Positions 37,556 through 50,661 of a stretch of DNA of 64,000 bases are shown piece by piece. The notes beneath the pieces are model-generated. The model did not search any database. It was not told the DNA's origin and was given only the letters and a program-made list of their open reading frames with translations. Source of the DNA: Lama glama (taxonomy: Eukaryota). The translations under genes were made by a program, and so were the position numbers. Within the stretch, counting starts at the first letter, position 1; the number at the start of each line of letters is the position of its first letter. Where the stretch lies: contig CM052817.1 of assembly GCA_028534125.1 (NCBI GenBank), positions 63,056,001-63,120,000 of the forward strand, given 5' to 3'.

Positions 37556-40500
37556 CAAACTCAATTTTGAGTTATCCATCTTTCTAGTTTGGCAAGTCTC
37601 CCTAGTGCTTGTTTGCAATTTCAGATTGTACAAGAACACGAAAGGTTTAGAATGATCCAGCAAAAGGTGTGCGGATTATTGCTTACGATCAGCCCATCCC
37701 AACAACTACAGACATCCTCACTGTCTCAGATCGTGTGATCCCATATGGCAGGATACACGGTGGCTTTTATGCCCAGCTTGAGACACAGGACTTTCTCCTT
37801 TTCCAATGTTTAAAGCCCTGTGACCTAGGGTCCTACCACACAGCTGTTATGTTCTGGGTTTTGTCATCTGTCAAGGGTGATGTCATAAAATGAGACTGCA
37901 TCCCTGTCATACCAAGGATCTGCTCGTTTCAGGACTGGTTCCCAATCCTGGGAAAATTTCTCATTTATGTCTCCGTTCAAACTCTCTTTTCCTTTTAAGA
38001 CACTGTCATCCTTTGTTTAATAATCTCAGGCTTTCAGAAAGAGAAACAGAAGAGAAATGATCAACTGAAGAATCTTCTGCAATACACAAGAAATCAGAAA
38101 GGTTGTGGCTCTTTGCTTGAATTGAGAAAAGGGTGTTACAGAAAATCAAAAATGAATCAAAATAAAACCTCAATAAATTATTTTGTCACCAAAATTAAAC
38201 GCATATTTTGTGTGGTACATCTCAGAGCACTTAACTGACGATGTACTATTTATACAAACAAGGGATTTATCACGTAGTGTTTTGCAAACATCTTTGTCCA
38301 TGAAAACTCTGTAGGTTTTTTCTTCTCTGAAGAGCATCTTTCAAGAATTAGTTTGGAAAATGTTTCTGTTGGAAAATGTTAGCACTGTCTGGACCGCTAA
38401 GATTCTCCACATCCGAGCTTCCTAAACCTCCCAGTTTCCCACTGCCTATATTCCCAGAGAGCAGTATAGCTTGTTATAGAATATATCAGAAAACTTATTT
38501 CTATATTTTTATATTCAAAAAGGAGATGGGAATGTTATAAAGAAAGTTAAGGCATGCTCTTTTTGAAGTTTCTTCATAGGTAATTAGTAACATTTTTCTC
38601 TAAATCTGCTTTACAGAAGAGGGCTCTGTGTCCTTTCAGGTTGAACAAAGCAACAGGCAAGAAGAGTAGTGCTATTTAATGATTCTCTCATTAATTCTGC
38701 CATTAAAGGATGATAACATTGAGCACAGGCAAGCTTCCTTCTGAATTGCTGGATTTATTGAGAGTTAAACAACAGGGAAAACAGAAACAGTTAGTTCTTC
38801 CTGTAGTCCAAGAAAAATAAAGCTAAAAAAAAACAAAACAAAACACGGAAGAAACGTGTCAGTATGTAACAAAAGGAAGTCATCTTTGGATTAAGACTTG
38901 GTGATATATTGAAATGTCAGATAATTCACTGCCTAAAATGCCATCTCCTGTGCTTTGTAATTTGAATTCAAAAGTGCGTTTTAAATTCCCTTTTTTGTGG
39001 CAATATTATTTCATATTAAGAAGAGTTATAGCAAGGACTTATAGTATGACTTTGGTCAGTTAGTAAATTTTGGTCAATTACATTTAAAAAAAGAAGAGAA
39101 AAACATCACTTGCCTAGTGACCTTTTGGTCAGACACTGCATAGCTATCTCTTGGAGCATACAAAGATTCCATGGAACACAATATTGGTCAGACATAAGGT
39201 CTTGCCTTCATGTATCTCACAGTCTTACTTAAGGCAAATAGACTTCATAAAACATTGAATAAATGATTCTAGAGTATAAAGTGGTGTGAAAATAAAAAAG
39301 TATAGGGTGGGTGAAAATGGGGTCTGGATGAAAGCTAAACCAAGATTTAGCAAGAAAAGGGGAAGGCAACAACAGGAAGAACATTCCATACTAATGTTGG
39401 AGGAAAAAGTCAAACCTTACATGTAAGTCACAAAATACAGACACCACACTCATTTCCATTTCTAGCCAACTTTTCTAGCAAAAGAGTAGGTAAAAGTAAG
39501 TTACTGGTCTTATAGATTTTGTACTTTTATCCTGTTCCATAAAACCACCCACATTTATTTTCTCCTCATCAATAAGTTAATGAAGGAAAGGATATTTATC
39601 TCTTCCCTTAGCCCAGTGCTTATATAATACACATCTTCCTAAATATTTAAGTAAAATTTCAAATGTACTGATGGAAATTACCACCATAAAACAACAAAAA
39701 TGTAAGTATAAACAAATAAACATAAGTAACTTAAAAATGCTCTAAGGTTTTACAAACTTGTAAAAACTTTTTCTTGTGTATGTCATTTCCCCCCTTTTTT
39801 CATTTTCTAGCAAAATATATAATTCAAGTCTTTGTAGACTTCTTATGAGGCTGGGACTGAACTTTCCTTTCTCACTTCACCTTTAGGGATTGCTTTCCTC
39901 TTCTCCTTCCCAGAATTTAATTAAAAACTACAGTTCGGATCTCTAGATTTAAATGTACAATCAGCATTACTTTGTGTCTCAACTTCACTTGCAACTCAGT
40001 GGCACTTGCACAGATTCGCTCCTTCCTCTATTCCCCTAGAGAAGCAGTGTGAAGTCCTTCTTGAGGGCTGTTTCCTCCTTCCTCAGGTGACTAACCTTAG
40101 GGGCATCTTGGTGTCACCACCTTGTAGTGGAAGCTCTGAGAGTCCCATGGGTATTTAGAAAATCACCCAGAGGATCTGAGATGCTTGCTCCTAGCAATGC
40201 ATTGGAGAGAAATAATGACTCTATTAGCCCCATCCCATCAATGCTGAGTCACTGAATTTATTTGTCATATAACAGCCCACGGCATTATTTCTGTCAGAAT
40301 AACAGGAAAGAAATGTAGTACTGAATTGAATTAACTGGGAAACTTTTCTCATTACCACTGGTAAATCCCTTTTCTTAAAATGGCTCTTGTTTATGTCAGA
40401 ACCTGGTACCTAAGGTGCTAGAAAATGAAAATACTCAAATAATTAACCCCATATTGAAATAATATGAGTTGTGCTGATACTAACTACAGGAACTGAGTCT

Positions 40501-42929
40501 CAACCAACTTAGAGTCTCAACATATTTCCTTGAATTTCCTCAGATAGTAATCTTATAACATACAGCAAGGTTAACACTTCTTCCCTTAACAATTTCCTTA
40601 TCATTGCGAAAATCTGAAATACAGGGCAGGCAGTTTAAACACCAACTTGTATTAATCAATGTATTGAGCCTAAAACAATATTAATTAGGTTACTGGCGTA
40701 GCAAGCTGACCACCTTCTGAAGTAAAGAATTTCTATTCCAAGCAAGCAATATTTGAAGTTATGTAGGGATCTTAAATATATTTAGGCTTCCTGACCCTGT
40801 GTTTATCATTGTCTTTCCTATTGTTCTATGATTTTCTGTTGTCCTCATGAAGGGACTCATTTTCAGAAGGCCAGCAGTGAATTCCTCGGTTGATGGTCTC
40901 AGTTGTTTGCGGGTGGGCGTCTCTATTTTTAATCCGTGGCTGACCTTGCTAATTCCGTAAGACATAAAAGATAGATTAGTTTTTGTTTTTCTTTTTTTCT
41001 TTCTTTTCTTACTGCCTTTTACTCTCTTCATTCCTGGAAATCTCTGTTCCACCTACAAGTTAACATATAATTTCCAGTTTCTCCTAGTGACTATTCTACC
41101 CAACCAGTCCACCAAGTCATCTCCTCTGGTATATCCTCTAAGAGTCTGTGACCATGATGGCTTCTACTTTAAGTTTTGGGGTTTTTGTTTTTGTTGTTTC
41201 AGTGATGCAGATTTTCTTCTTGGTACAGCTTGTTCTTGAGGATTCTTAATGAGATCACATTTAGTGCCAGGGTGGAAGGGCACACTTTCTGTTGGACACC
41301 TACACTAACGGTAAAGCTTCTTAGTTCAATAAGGCCATTTGCCAGTCCTTGTGGGAAAGCAATAGAAAATTAGTTACATTTGTGAAAATTTTGGAATTGC
41401 TGGTATTGCTTCTCACCATTTACTAAATAATAAAGAATCCTTGGTTTATGATTGTAGAGATGTTCAGCATGTCACCATGGAAACAAATTATTTGCTGTTT
41501 TGAAATTTTACATTAGATTTGAACTGCAGAAAATGTAAAGCTGAAAATAAATTAGGCGGTCAAGAATTATTGGTAATAAATATTAGCTAAGTTTATCTGG
41601 AATGAAAAGGTACATAATGCTTTCTGTAATGATATTCTAGCAAGATTTTTAAACTCTTAATTGGTACATAAATATATTCTGCATTTGAACAAATTCGTGG
41701 ATTTAAGAAAAAACGTAATTAAAAGACCTTAATTATTTCTCAAAATTTTTTGAATAAGTGAATATTGATAATTAAGTTAAATATATATTACTTGTAGACA
41801 GTGGAAATGATTGTTTGCCACTGCTGTGCTATTAAAATTTATGCAAAAATTATATACATTGAAAAATAAGCCAAGTTTAAGACATCAAAATACTATCAGA
41901 TTTCATTCAATTTTTTGTCATATTCTGCATTGTTTAGTTTTCAGGACAACAGAACATTTCAGTATCACCTGCAAATATCCTTTATATCAGTACAGATGTA
42001 TTATATTCTTAGAAGTGAATTTTCCATTCTTCACTCATATAGAATCTCATGCTTTGAGAGAGAATTTGGCTTGTGTAAATTGAGGAAAAGTTACAATACT
42101 CATAGCTATGGACATGGATTTCCTTATAAAGCAAATTAAAACTCTTACTTTCTATACCATAGTCATAATCACTAAAACTTCTTTTCTGACTATTGTATAA
42201 TATATTGAAATGACAAAAAGATAAAACCTCCTAAATAATTGTGATGTAAAATGCTTACTATCTTAAGAAAAATAATGAAAAAGAACTATCTTTCTATCTT
42301 TCTTTAGAGTTATGTCAATAGTCATGTTACTCTGATAATTTTCATAGTTAAATTATCTTTCATTAGGTCTTTGTATCATTTAACCTAATAAAACAATGGC
42401 TTTCAACATGAGTGTTTTTGCTCATGTTCTACCTAAAAGAGTTTTCAAGATGATATATACTCTCTCATAGGTTTTCATGTTATCTAAAATTTTACATTTC
42501 AGTAATTTCCAGGATAAATTTCCAGGAGTGTTATATAATTATATCTATCCTGGAAATATATTTTCATCAAAGTCTTTGAGGTACAAATGTAGCACATTCA
42601 ATTATGGAAAATATCTCACAATTTTCAGTCTTTGTTATACAAAGCATCCAAATGGGACTATTCTGTCTGAAAATGCGTGTCTTTATTTTAAAATCTGGTT
42701 TGATGTGTTAGTATGCATTAGTGAGAAAACAATCTTTTCTCTAGAATGCTAATTCTAAGATAGACTGTTTATGCACATAAATAGAATGTTATTCTAAGTT
42801 TGTGGCATGTATGAAATGTGGTACTTACTCTTTTCAATTTTCAGAAGCTCTATTTGCTGTGCTCTCACAGAATTTATCTCAGTGGCAGTGTATTCTTAAA
42901 ATACCCCTCGTTTGATTCCCTAGAGCTAG

Positions 42930-43335
42930 TTGGAAAGAACTTTCTGCCTGCATTGTAGAAAATAGATGAGAGTGAAGGTAAAACCAGTACTAGCAAAATA
43001 GATAGATGCTACAGTGGTGATACAGGTAAAAGATGTGATGCTCTGGACTTGAATAGAACAGTAAGGAAGGAGAGAAATGAACATACCTAGAGATATATGC
43101 AAAGAGTGATCAACGGAATATACGGGTCACTTGGTTGAGTCAATTTTAGCACTTAGGACCCTGGCTTGGTTAACTGAATGGTGGATGGTGCCATCTACCA
43201 AGTCAGAAAAGAAGGGATGCATCTGGCTCAGACAGCAAGAAGAGATGATGAATTCATTTTCAGAAATAGTCATGAGGTCCTCTGTGGCATCCAAGTGGAG
43301 ATCTAAGCAGACAGTCATACAGGTCTGAGTCTCAA
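42930..43335 (-). mobile_element. L2 fragment
   Basis: aactgaatggtggatggtgccatctacc...gatgatgaattcatttt...catccaagtggagatctaagcagacag. Confidence 0.7.
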
Positions 43336-43554
43336 ATATTATCTCAGAGGAGAGGAATGGTTATTTCCCATTCTTCAGTCATGCAGTTCCAGAAATCTGC
43401 TTTCCATAATCTTTCTTTATTAATTATAAAGATGGTGACACTGGCTCTTAATACACACTTTCTATGATTCTCCTCTACCAACTAATCCACATATTGAACA
43501 TCACTGTCCACTATACATCAAAGTAAAATTCATTCACTTAGTCTTTCATTCTTT

Positions 43555-44460
43555 CTTTTTTAATAGACTTTTTTGGTAAGGACATATTGAGAAAATCACA
43601 CAACCATGCAGATATCACTCAAAAAATTTTCACAACCTGAATACATCTATGTAACCACCATCCAAAGCAAGAAATAGAAAACAATCAACAGCTCAAAAGT
43701 CCTACCATGTCCCCTGCTTCTTCAAGAAAAGTAACCACTATCCTGACTTCAACTTCATAAATGTGTCTGTTGTCTTGTGGCTGTTTTTTTTAAATTGTTT
43801 TTAACTTGCTATTGCAGGGACTCACTTGGAACCTTAGAGTTGGTATGAATATTATTTAAAACTGAAGGCATTTGAGATTCAACAGATGCAGAAAAGAAGC
43901 CTTCTTGGAGCTTCCCTTATCTGACTAAAAACAGCAACTTCTGAGAATGGAAGCTACCATAAATCCCCTCTCATGGGAAGTTTCATGGCCATGAAGAAGA
44001 CTGAATGGCACTCACACCTGCATAAACAAATATCATAAACTTTCTCATCTCCCATTAGTTGTCCTAGAAACTCATTTGTCTTTCCTAAAGAAAACTATTT
44101 GTTCTTTCCATAGAAGGTTTTCTTCCCCCTCCCTTTTCCCTACTAAGTTAGGTATATAAACCTCTATCTTCAACCATGCAGCAAACTAGCTACTTCTTTT
44201 GTTAGCTCTTGTATGCATATGAAATCTTTCTTCTGTTGATCTGTATTTCTTCAGTTTAATTCCCTGGGAAATGAACCTAAGAGGAAAAGTTTTCCTCCCC
44301 AACAAAATCAATGGAAACATATACTATATTCCTTTTTGTGCCTGGAATGTTTGCTCAAAATTACATTTGTATGATTACTTTCACTGCTGAATAACAGTTC
44401 TTTGTATGAAATTATAATTTATTCATTCTAGTATTGAAATGATTTTGGGTTGTTTCACTT
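43555..44460 (-). mobile_element. Old L1 (L1ME-like) 3' UTR split by a MER34-like LTR
   Basis: aattttcacaacctgaatacatctatgtaaccaccatccaaagcaagaaatagaa...gtaaccactatcctgacttc; resumes with aatggaaacatatactat...ttttgggttgtttc. Confidence 0.7.
43813..44304 (+). mobile_element. MER34A-like ERV1 solo LTR
   Basis: ttatttaaaactgaaggcatttgagattcaacagatgcagaaaagaagcc...ggtatataaacctc...gaggaaaagttttcctccccaaca. Confidence 0.78.
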
Positions 44461-45260
44461 ATTCATTAATGTATCAACATGTATGACATTTATGACATTT
44501 ATTGAATACCAATTTAACATTAGACACTGTGCTAATTAAAGACAAAAAATTTTTATAAGACACAATTTATGCTCTCAAGAGACTTACACTCCAACAGCAG
44601 TAATAAAAGATGAAATGCAAGTTATATGAGATTATATGAACAAGATAGTGTATTCTAGGGCAAAGGATATAGTTAATTCTGCTCAAGAAATGAGATTAAG
44701 GAATAACTGAAGAGAAAGAAAGCTCTGACCTAGAAGCCTGAGCAAGTAGAGGGTAGAGGGAAGAGCGTGTGTAAATAAATTTAGGGAAGAAAAAAACAAA
44801 ACAGGGCAGATTTAGAAACAGTAATTCCAAATACACATTATTTTTAGAAGTGTGGTTATAGGGATAAGTAATTATGTTGCAAAAGCAGGCAAGAGCCAAA
44901 CAATGAAGTTATACATACTTTGTAATCAGATTTTTGTTTTCAAAAGGATACTTGTCACTATAGAGAATAGAAATGATGGAGACAGAGGAAAAACAAAAGA
45001 AATTAATGCTAGAGGCCCATCAAACAATGGAAGTGGAAGCAGATGAGAGGCATTAAGGTATAGAGAGAAGAGGATTTGGCTCTTGATCAATGGAAGACTC
45101 TAAGGTAGCTCTTTAATTTCTTAGCAACTGATGATTTGAACACTCAAGCTGAGGATAAAATTTTGCAAAAACACATATGAAGTTCAGATTTGTTCTTGTT
45201 CAGTTTGAGATGATGTAATTAACTAGTAAGTAACTGGCTGGTCATTTGAACTCAAGAATT
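44460..45260 (-). mobile_element. Degenerate L2 fragment
   Basis: catttattgaatacc...tagacactgtgcta...tgctctcaagagacttacactc; agttcagatttgttcttgttcagtttgagatg. Confidence 0.55.
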
Positions 45261-48200
45261 CAAATTACCAGGGTTAGTGAATTCTATGGCAAGAATGAAA
45301 TCAAGCAAAAAAATGAGGGGGAAAAAAAGGTGAGAAAAAAATTGTTGCTCCTGGGAATTATGAGATACATTTAATTAAATCCAAAGTACATGTATCCCCA
45401 ATTTAACTTCCACTTACCAAACCTACCAAATACGTCTGCATCTGCTCTAATAGTCCTTGACATAGGGCAAGTGTGACAGTAAATGTCCTATGTACTACTG
45501 TTTGCAAATTTTAAATTCAGGAATGCTGTTAGGAAAATAAACCCTAGCCATATAATCAAGATTTGAAAAAAATTATGGTTAAGACTATTACGAGTTGGTT
45601 CATAGCCAACCTAAGAAACAGTGAACCTCTGACTGTGAGAATGCTGTTGTAAATCCTATAATATGTTCAACAATAAATATATAGTTATTTGCATTTTTGC
45701 AGTAATAACATATAATTTTAATGTATATTTTGGTGTAGAACAGTATCTTAAAGCAAACCAGTGTTCTTACAAAAAAGGAAACTAAATAAAGAAATGAAGA
45801 AGATCTATAATTGAAATTGGTTGCGGTGCTCATTATTTTTAACTGCATCTTAACTGCAGTGTTTTCCCAGCTGAAGTAGAAGGCACAGTTGTAACAATAT
45901 ACAAATAAACTTGTATATATTTCAAAAGTTAAATCACATTAGTTATTTTAGCACTGATTTTCACCCTCAGAAATGTCCTAGTTTTGATGATATAAATGAT
46001 ATGAATACATTAGCCAAAGACAATAAACAACAAGCAAACAAACCAAAATATTGAAAAGTGAAATTTGTGGTTTTCACAATGTTCCACTAAAAAGTTTTGT
46101 ACCATTATTTTATTGTATTTACTTTGAGTCATTCTCAATTTGTTTCAGATTTCAATGGGTGACTTTGGGGTAAAAGATGCCATTTCCTATAATCTCTAAT
46201 GCATCCAACTATCCCACATGCTGAAACAACCATTTTAAATGGGGACCATTAGATCAGCTTCCCCTTTGGCACAAAGCTTGAACCTCTGCTCCTGTACTAG
46301 TCCTCCATGAATGTATCAGCCCCTCAGAATGAATGACTGCTCCACTTTATAGTAGATATATATTTTACAACTTACACAAGGAATTCATTACCTGTTATTT
46401 TATAAATTATAAAAATCAGTAATGCAGTTATGAAGATAAACTCTGGTCAATATATCAGAGATTTGAAGAAAATGAGAGTGAGACTATTAAGAGTTGGGCC
46501 ACAGCCAAGAGAACTGTAAGAAACTCCATTTTCATTACATCTTAGTTGTTTTATGCATATATGGAGTGTCTCTTAGACTAAAAGCTGTAAGCAAAAGAAT
46601 ATTTGATAGAATTCACACAAAATTTACCTTCTAGATGGAACTGACCTAGACAAGAAATTTTTTCTTAACATTGGCTAGGCTAAAGTAATTTGAAAACTTG
46701 TTTGCACAATTGTTTTCTGAATGAAAACTGATATCCAGAGTTATTTAACAGTTTTTCACTTGACGACTGAAGTAGGGAACCAAGAGAGATAGTAGAGAAA
46801 CAATGAGGTAAAGCAAAGATATAAGTGATAAAGGATGATGTGTATAATTTATAATCAGTTAAAATATTTGCCTTGGTGTTGAAAACCTCCACTAAAATCC
46901 AAGTTGATTTCAATGAATCCTACCCTGTGTATGAATCTGTTTTCTGCTGAGAGTTCTTGGCCTCGCTGTGCAAACCCTTATCATAGTTCTACCCACTGCA
47001 TATTTTATTGACCACAGCAAAGAACAGTTCCACTATCTCTAAATAATGAGAATATCAGCTTGACATCTTTAGACAGATTTTTAAAGCACCGTTTTAAAAT
47101 ATAGCGGCAGCTTGAAGAGTTAGAATATATTGCAAATAAATTCTAAGCCCCTCAGTTTTCCTTGTGCATGGGCAGTTAGTCCCTGGCATAGTTGGAAATA
47201 TCTGTGTTGGTAGGTAATTTAGCAAAATACTTAAGAATACCGTATTTTATTATGGAAGGATTATAACTTTCCCCTTCAGTGATTAAACAGTGAATTGTGG
47301 CTCTTAGTGATCATAAATTCAAATGTGTTAACAGTTTTAAATCTCTTACAGGTTACTTAGAGGAACCCACTTGTGTGTATGTGTGCGTGTGTGTGTGCCT
47401 GTAAAGTAAATGACAACGTAGAGACTGACCAGAATAGGTTTTAAATAGCTTTTTTAGTGTGGAAATGACAGGAATTTTGAGAGAAGAATGTAATTAAGAT
47501 CCTTTTTAGAGGCACATAAGATTGTGAATAGTTCACTCACAAATTATTCATAAGGTTACATTTCCCTCTCCTCGTACTGTGAGGTCACCTAGATACACTC
47601 ATCCAGTACACCCCCAGGTATCCAGGAAGAAAGGATGAAACTTTGCAAAATGTATACAGTAGATAGAGTATTAGATAGAAAAGGAGAATCAAATTGTAAT
47701 CAAGGTTCTGTGCAGATGAAATCTGGGCTCAACCTGAAATACAACAGGATCTTATACTTGAAATTGATGTTAAGAATTAATCTAGTTTAGTCAATTAAAG
47801 TCTGATCTTCAGGTAAGCTGTTGTCAGTATTATCAATTTGCACATCAATGGTATCTTTGTATTATTCTCTCCCAGAAAAAAAAAACCATTAAAATATAAG
47901 AACCTCTTCATTAAAAAGTACAGCTAGATATTAGCATGTGATAAAGCAATGATATCCAACAAATTCCCTGCACTGGTTATAGTACTAAACATTGAAAATC
48001 CTAGGCAAAATAATGGAGAATGTTATGGAAAACATGAAATGACAGATATATATTTTTTTCTTTCTTAGTAAAATTTGTTGACAACTGTCTTGACTTTTTC
48101 TTCTTGCATATTCATTCAAGTAACTTGTATTTTGCTTAATACTTGATTGCAACAAATTTTGTCCAAGTTATTACCACTGACAATATACCTAGGCATGTCT

Positions 48201-49389
48201 TCTATAATCCTTTCTGATTTGATGCTGACAACCTCTCCATCCTCCTTCATATCTCTCTACCTTTCACCTTCTACACTCCTGCCACAGTGTTTTTCTCAGA
48301 GCTTCAAACATACCAAGTTCTCTCTCCACCAGTCTTTTGGTCCTGCTCTTAACATGTTTGCCAATTAATTAATTTTGCTAGTTCACTAAAATTGAATGAA
48401 AAATAGGTATTTTTTTCAGAGAATTATTGACCTATTTAAATGATCCTGAAACTACCAACCTATTTTCAGTGATATTGGGCAAATATCTTAAGATGAGAAA
48501 CAAATTTATCTAGACTCTGGGATGAAAAATTTTTATCAACATCATAACCTTGAAAAATAGAGATGAATGTGATAAACAAAAGGACATTAGTGATTCTGTG
48601 TTCCTACTCAGTATAAAGATAAATGTACAAAGAAAAAACACAAAAGTCATGGTTAACTTTTTGAAAAGGTTGCTATCTAGAAAACTGTTTATCATTGATC
48701 TATTTTCTTAGGAGAGCAAGAAGAAAGGGAAGCAAGCAAAACGGCTTTAAAAAACCCTTATATTCATTTGCTAACTTTTCCTTTACCGCTCTTCTAACAG
48801 TATGTCTCTTACACTGAGGACAAAACGTATTAGTAATTTAAAGCATTCACTAAATTTCCAAGAAAGAAAAAGCTATTTTTAAGTACTAATTATCAAAAGT
48901 GATTGCCTGCCAGCTGCACTGATGACCTCCTTAGCCCATACGCTGACTTACACTCAGTCCACATGCACTGTTGCTCCAGATGGGCTGCTCTGTGGAAGGA
49001 GACCCTTTGTGGCATGTGTTTAGTCAGTCACATCTCAACCATCTTCCATGATGTAGTTCAAGTCTTATCTTTCTAATAAGGCTCTTGCAGACCATTCAAG
49101 CCTGTATGTGGACTTCTTCCGATACATGCTGTTCTGTCTACCAGTATGACTGCTTGATCACCTCTTTTATCTTCTTAAAATAATTTATGAGTAGATTCTT
49201 CTTCCTGGTAATATTCTAAATTCACTGAGGACAGTAATAATGTGCTTTTTGTTTGTTCATTTAATGTACTTTCTAATGCTACCTAGTCCTAAGCAGTGTT
49301 TTATAATAAAGAATATGATTCATTCAGCAAATAGTTGTTGAGTTCTGTCATGAGAATGTAACAGTGCACTGGGAATACAGTGCTAACAT

Positions 49390-49605
49390 ATAGCAAGTAT
49401 TTCTTACATGTCAAATATTGTTCTTTGTGTTTCACATTTAAAAACTCATTTGATTCTCACTTAATGGCATAAATACTGTTATTACCTCTCCCCCTCCAAT
49501 TTACAGATGAAATAACTGAAACACAGTCATTAAATGACATGTTCAGGGTTAAAATTTGAATTCATAGAGTCTCATTACAGGCGTATGTAATTAACTCATT
49601 AGCTC
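49390..49605 (-). mobile_element. MIR SINE, adjacent to L2 fragments at ~48960-49390
   Basis: aactcatttgattctcac...tactgttattacc...ccaatttacagatgaaataactgaaacacag. Confidence 0.7.
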
Positions 49606-50565
49606 ATCGTACCTACAAGTTTGTGAGAATACAACAACTGAATGAGCAATTACAAGGCAACATAAATACCATAGCAAGGTATAGACAAGGTATAGAGGAA
49701 CACAAAGGAAGATTTAATGTAGACCTGTGGGTCCAATATCTATGTATTTTTGTGTATGAATTACATGTAAATTGTGTGTATGGAGAGAGAGAAAAAGACA
49801 GAAAAGCTATACACACACACATTGTACTGAACATATTCACACACATACTGTATTAGTCCTTGTAGGTGGTTTTGGTCTTCAATTTGTTTCTATCTTTTGT
49901 GTAATACCAGTTTTGCATTAAATCAATTTTAAAATGGATTGGAAAAAAAAAAGAAATTACTGCCCTATCACCAGCAAAATCTTACCATGTACAGCTGAAT
50001 TTCTTGGGAAAATAATAGATTTTAAATAGTTAATAATATAAAACATAAGCATTCTTCTAAAATTTATGTAAATTGACTTCTTCTGAAATGGAGATAACCA
50101 TTTACCTAGAAAATCATATAAAATATATCTAAATATATTGCCCACACTCAAGTATTTGTCGTTTGATAGCCCCATCTAGAGTATTTACTAGAAAAACATG
50201 TCCAAAAGTTATGCTATTCATATTAATCTTTTAGCAGTGGAATTTCAAAATCTTTACAAATGCCTTGTTAAAGTAGAACTATGGAGGTATAACAACTGTA
50301 CTTAATTTTTCAAGTCTGAAATTTCCTACAGTGCTTCAAAGAGTTTGACCTATTTGTTATCTGTGAGAAGACCCAAAATCTCACACTCAACTTCTCTCAG
50401 CACTCTTTGAATCCAAGAAACAAATTATTCCACCAAGAGATGATTTTCATTGTTCATTCATCGCTTGTATATTACACACTGACAGTATAAAAGTAATTCT
50501 GTCATCAGGGGAGCCAGAGACTAGTGGAGAAAGAGATTCCTTGATTTTGTTTTAATCGTTTTCAG

Positions 50566-50661
50566 ATGAAACATCAGCACAGCCTAAGTCTGAACCTCAG
50601 TGTCTCCCTAAATGCACCAAGGAGGAAAAGGCTGATGTACAGAGAAAAGCTGGTATAAAGG
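50566..50661 (+). other. Candidate 96-nt internal exon; host gene unidentified
   Basis: Acceptor gattttgttttaatcgttttcag| and donor AGG|GTGAGT. Length is divisible by 3 and one frame is open: (D)ETSAQPKSEPQCLPKCTKEEKADVQRKAGIK(G). No homology recognised. Confidence 0.25.

Noticed and set aside
38352..38380. Short tandem duplications such as ttggaaaatgtt x2 (also at ~44482, ~56542 and ~60405)
   Set aside because: These are ordinary slippage duplications, common in mammalian non-coding DNA.
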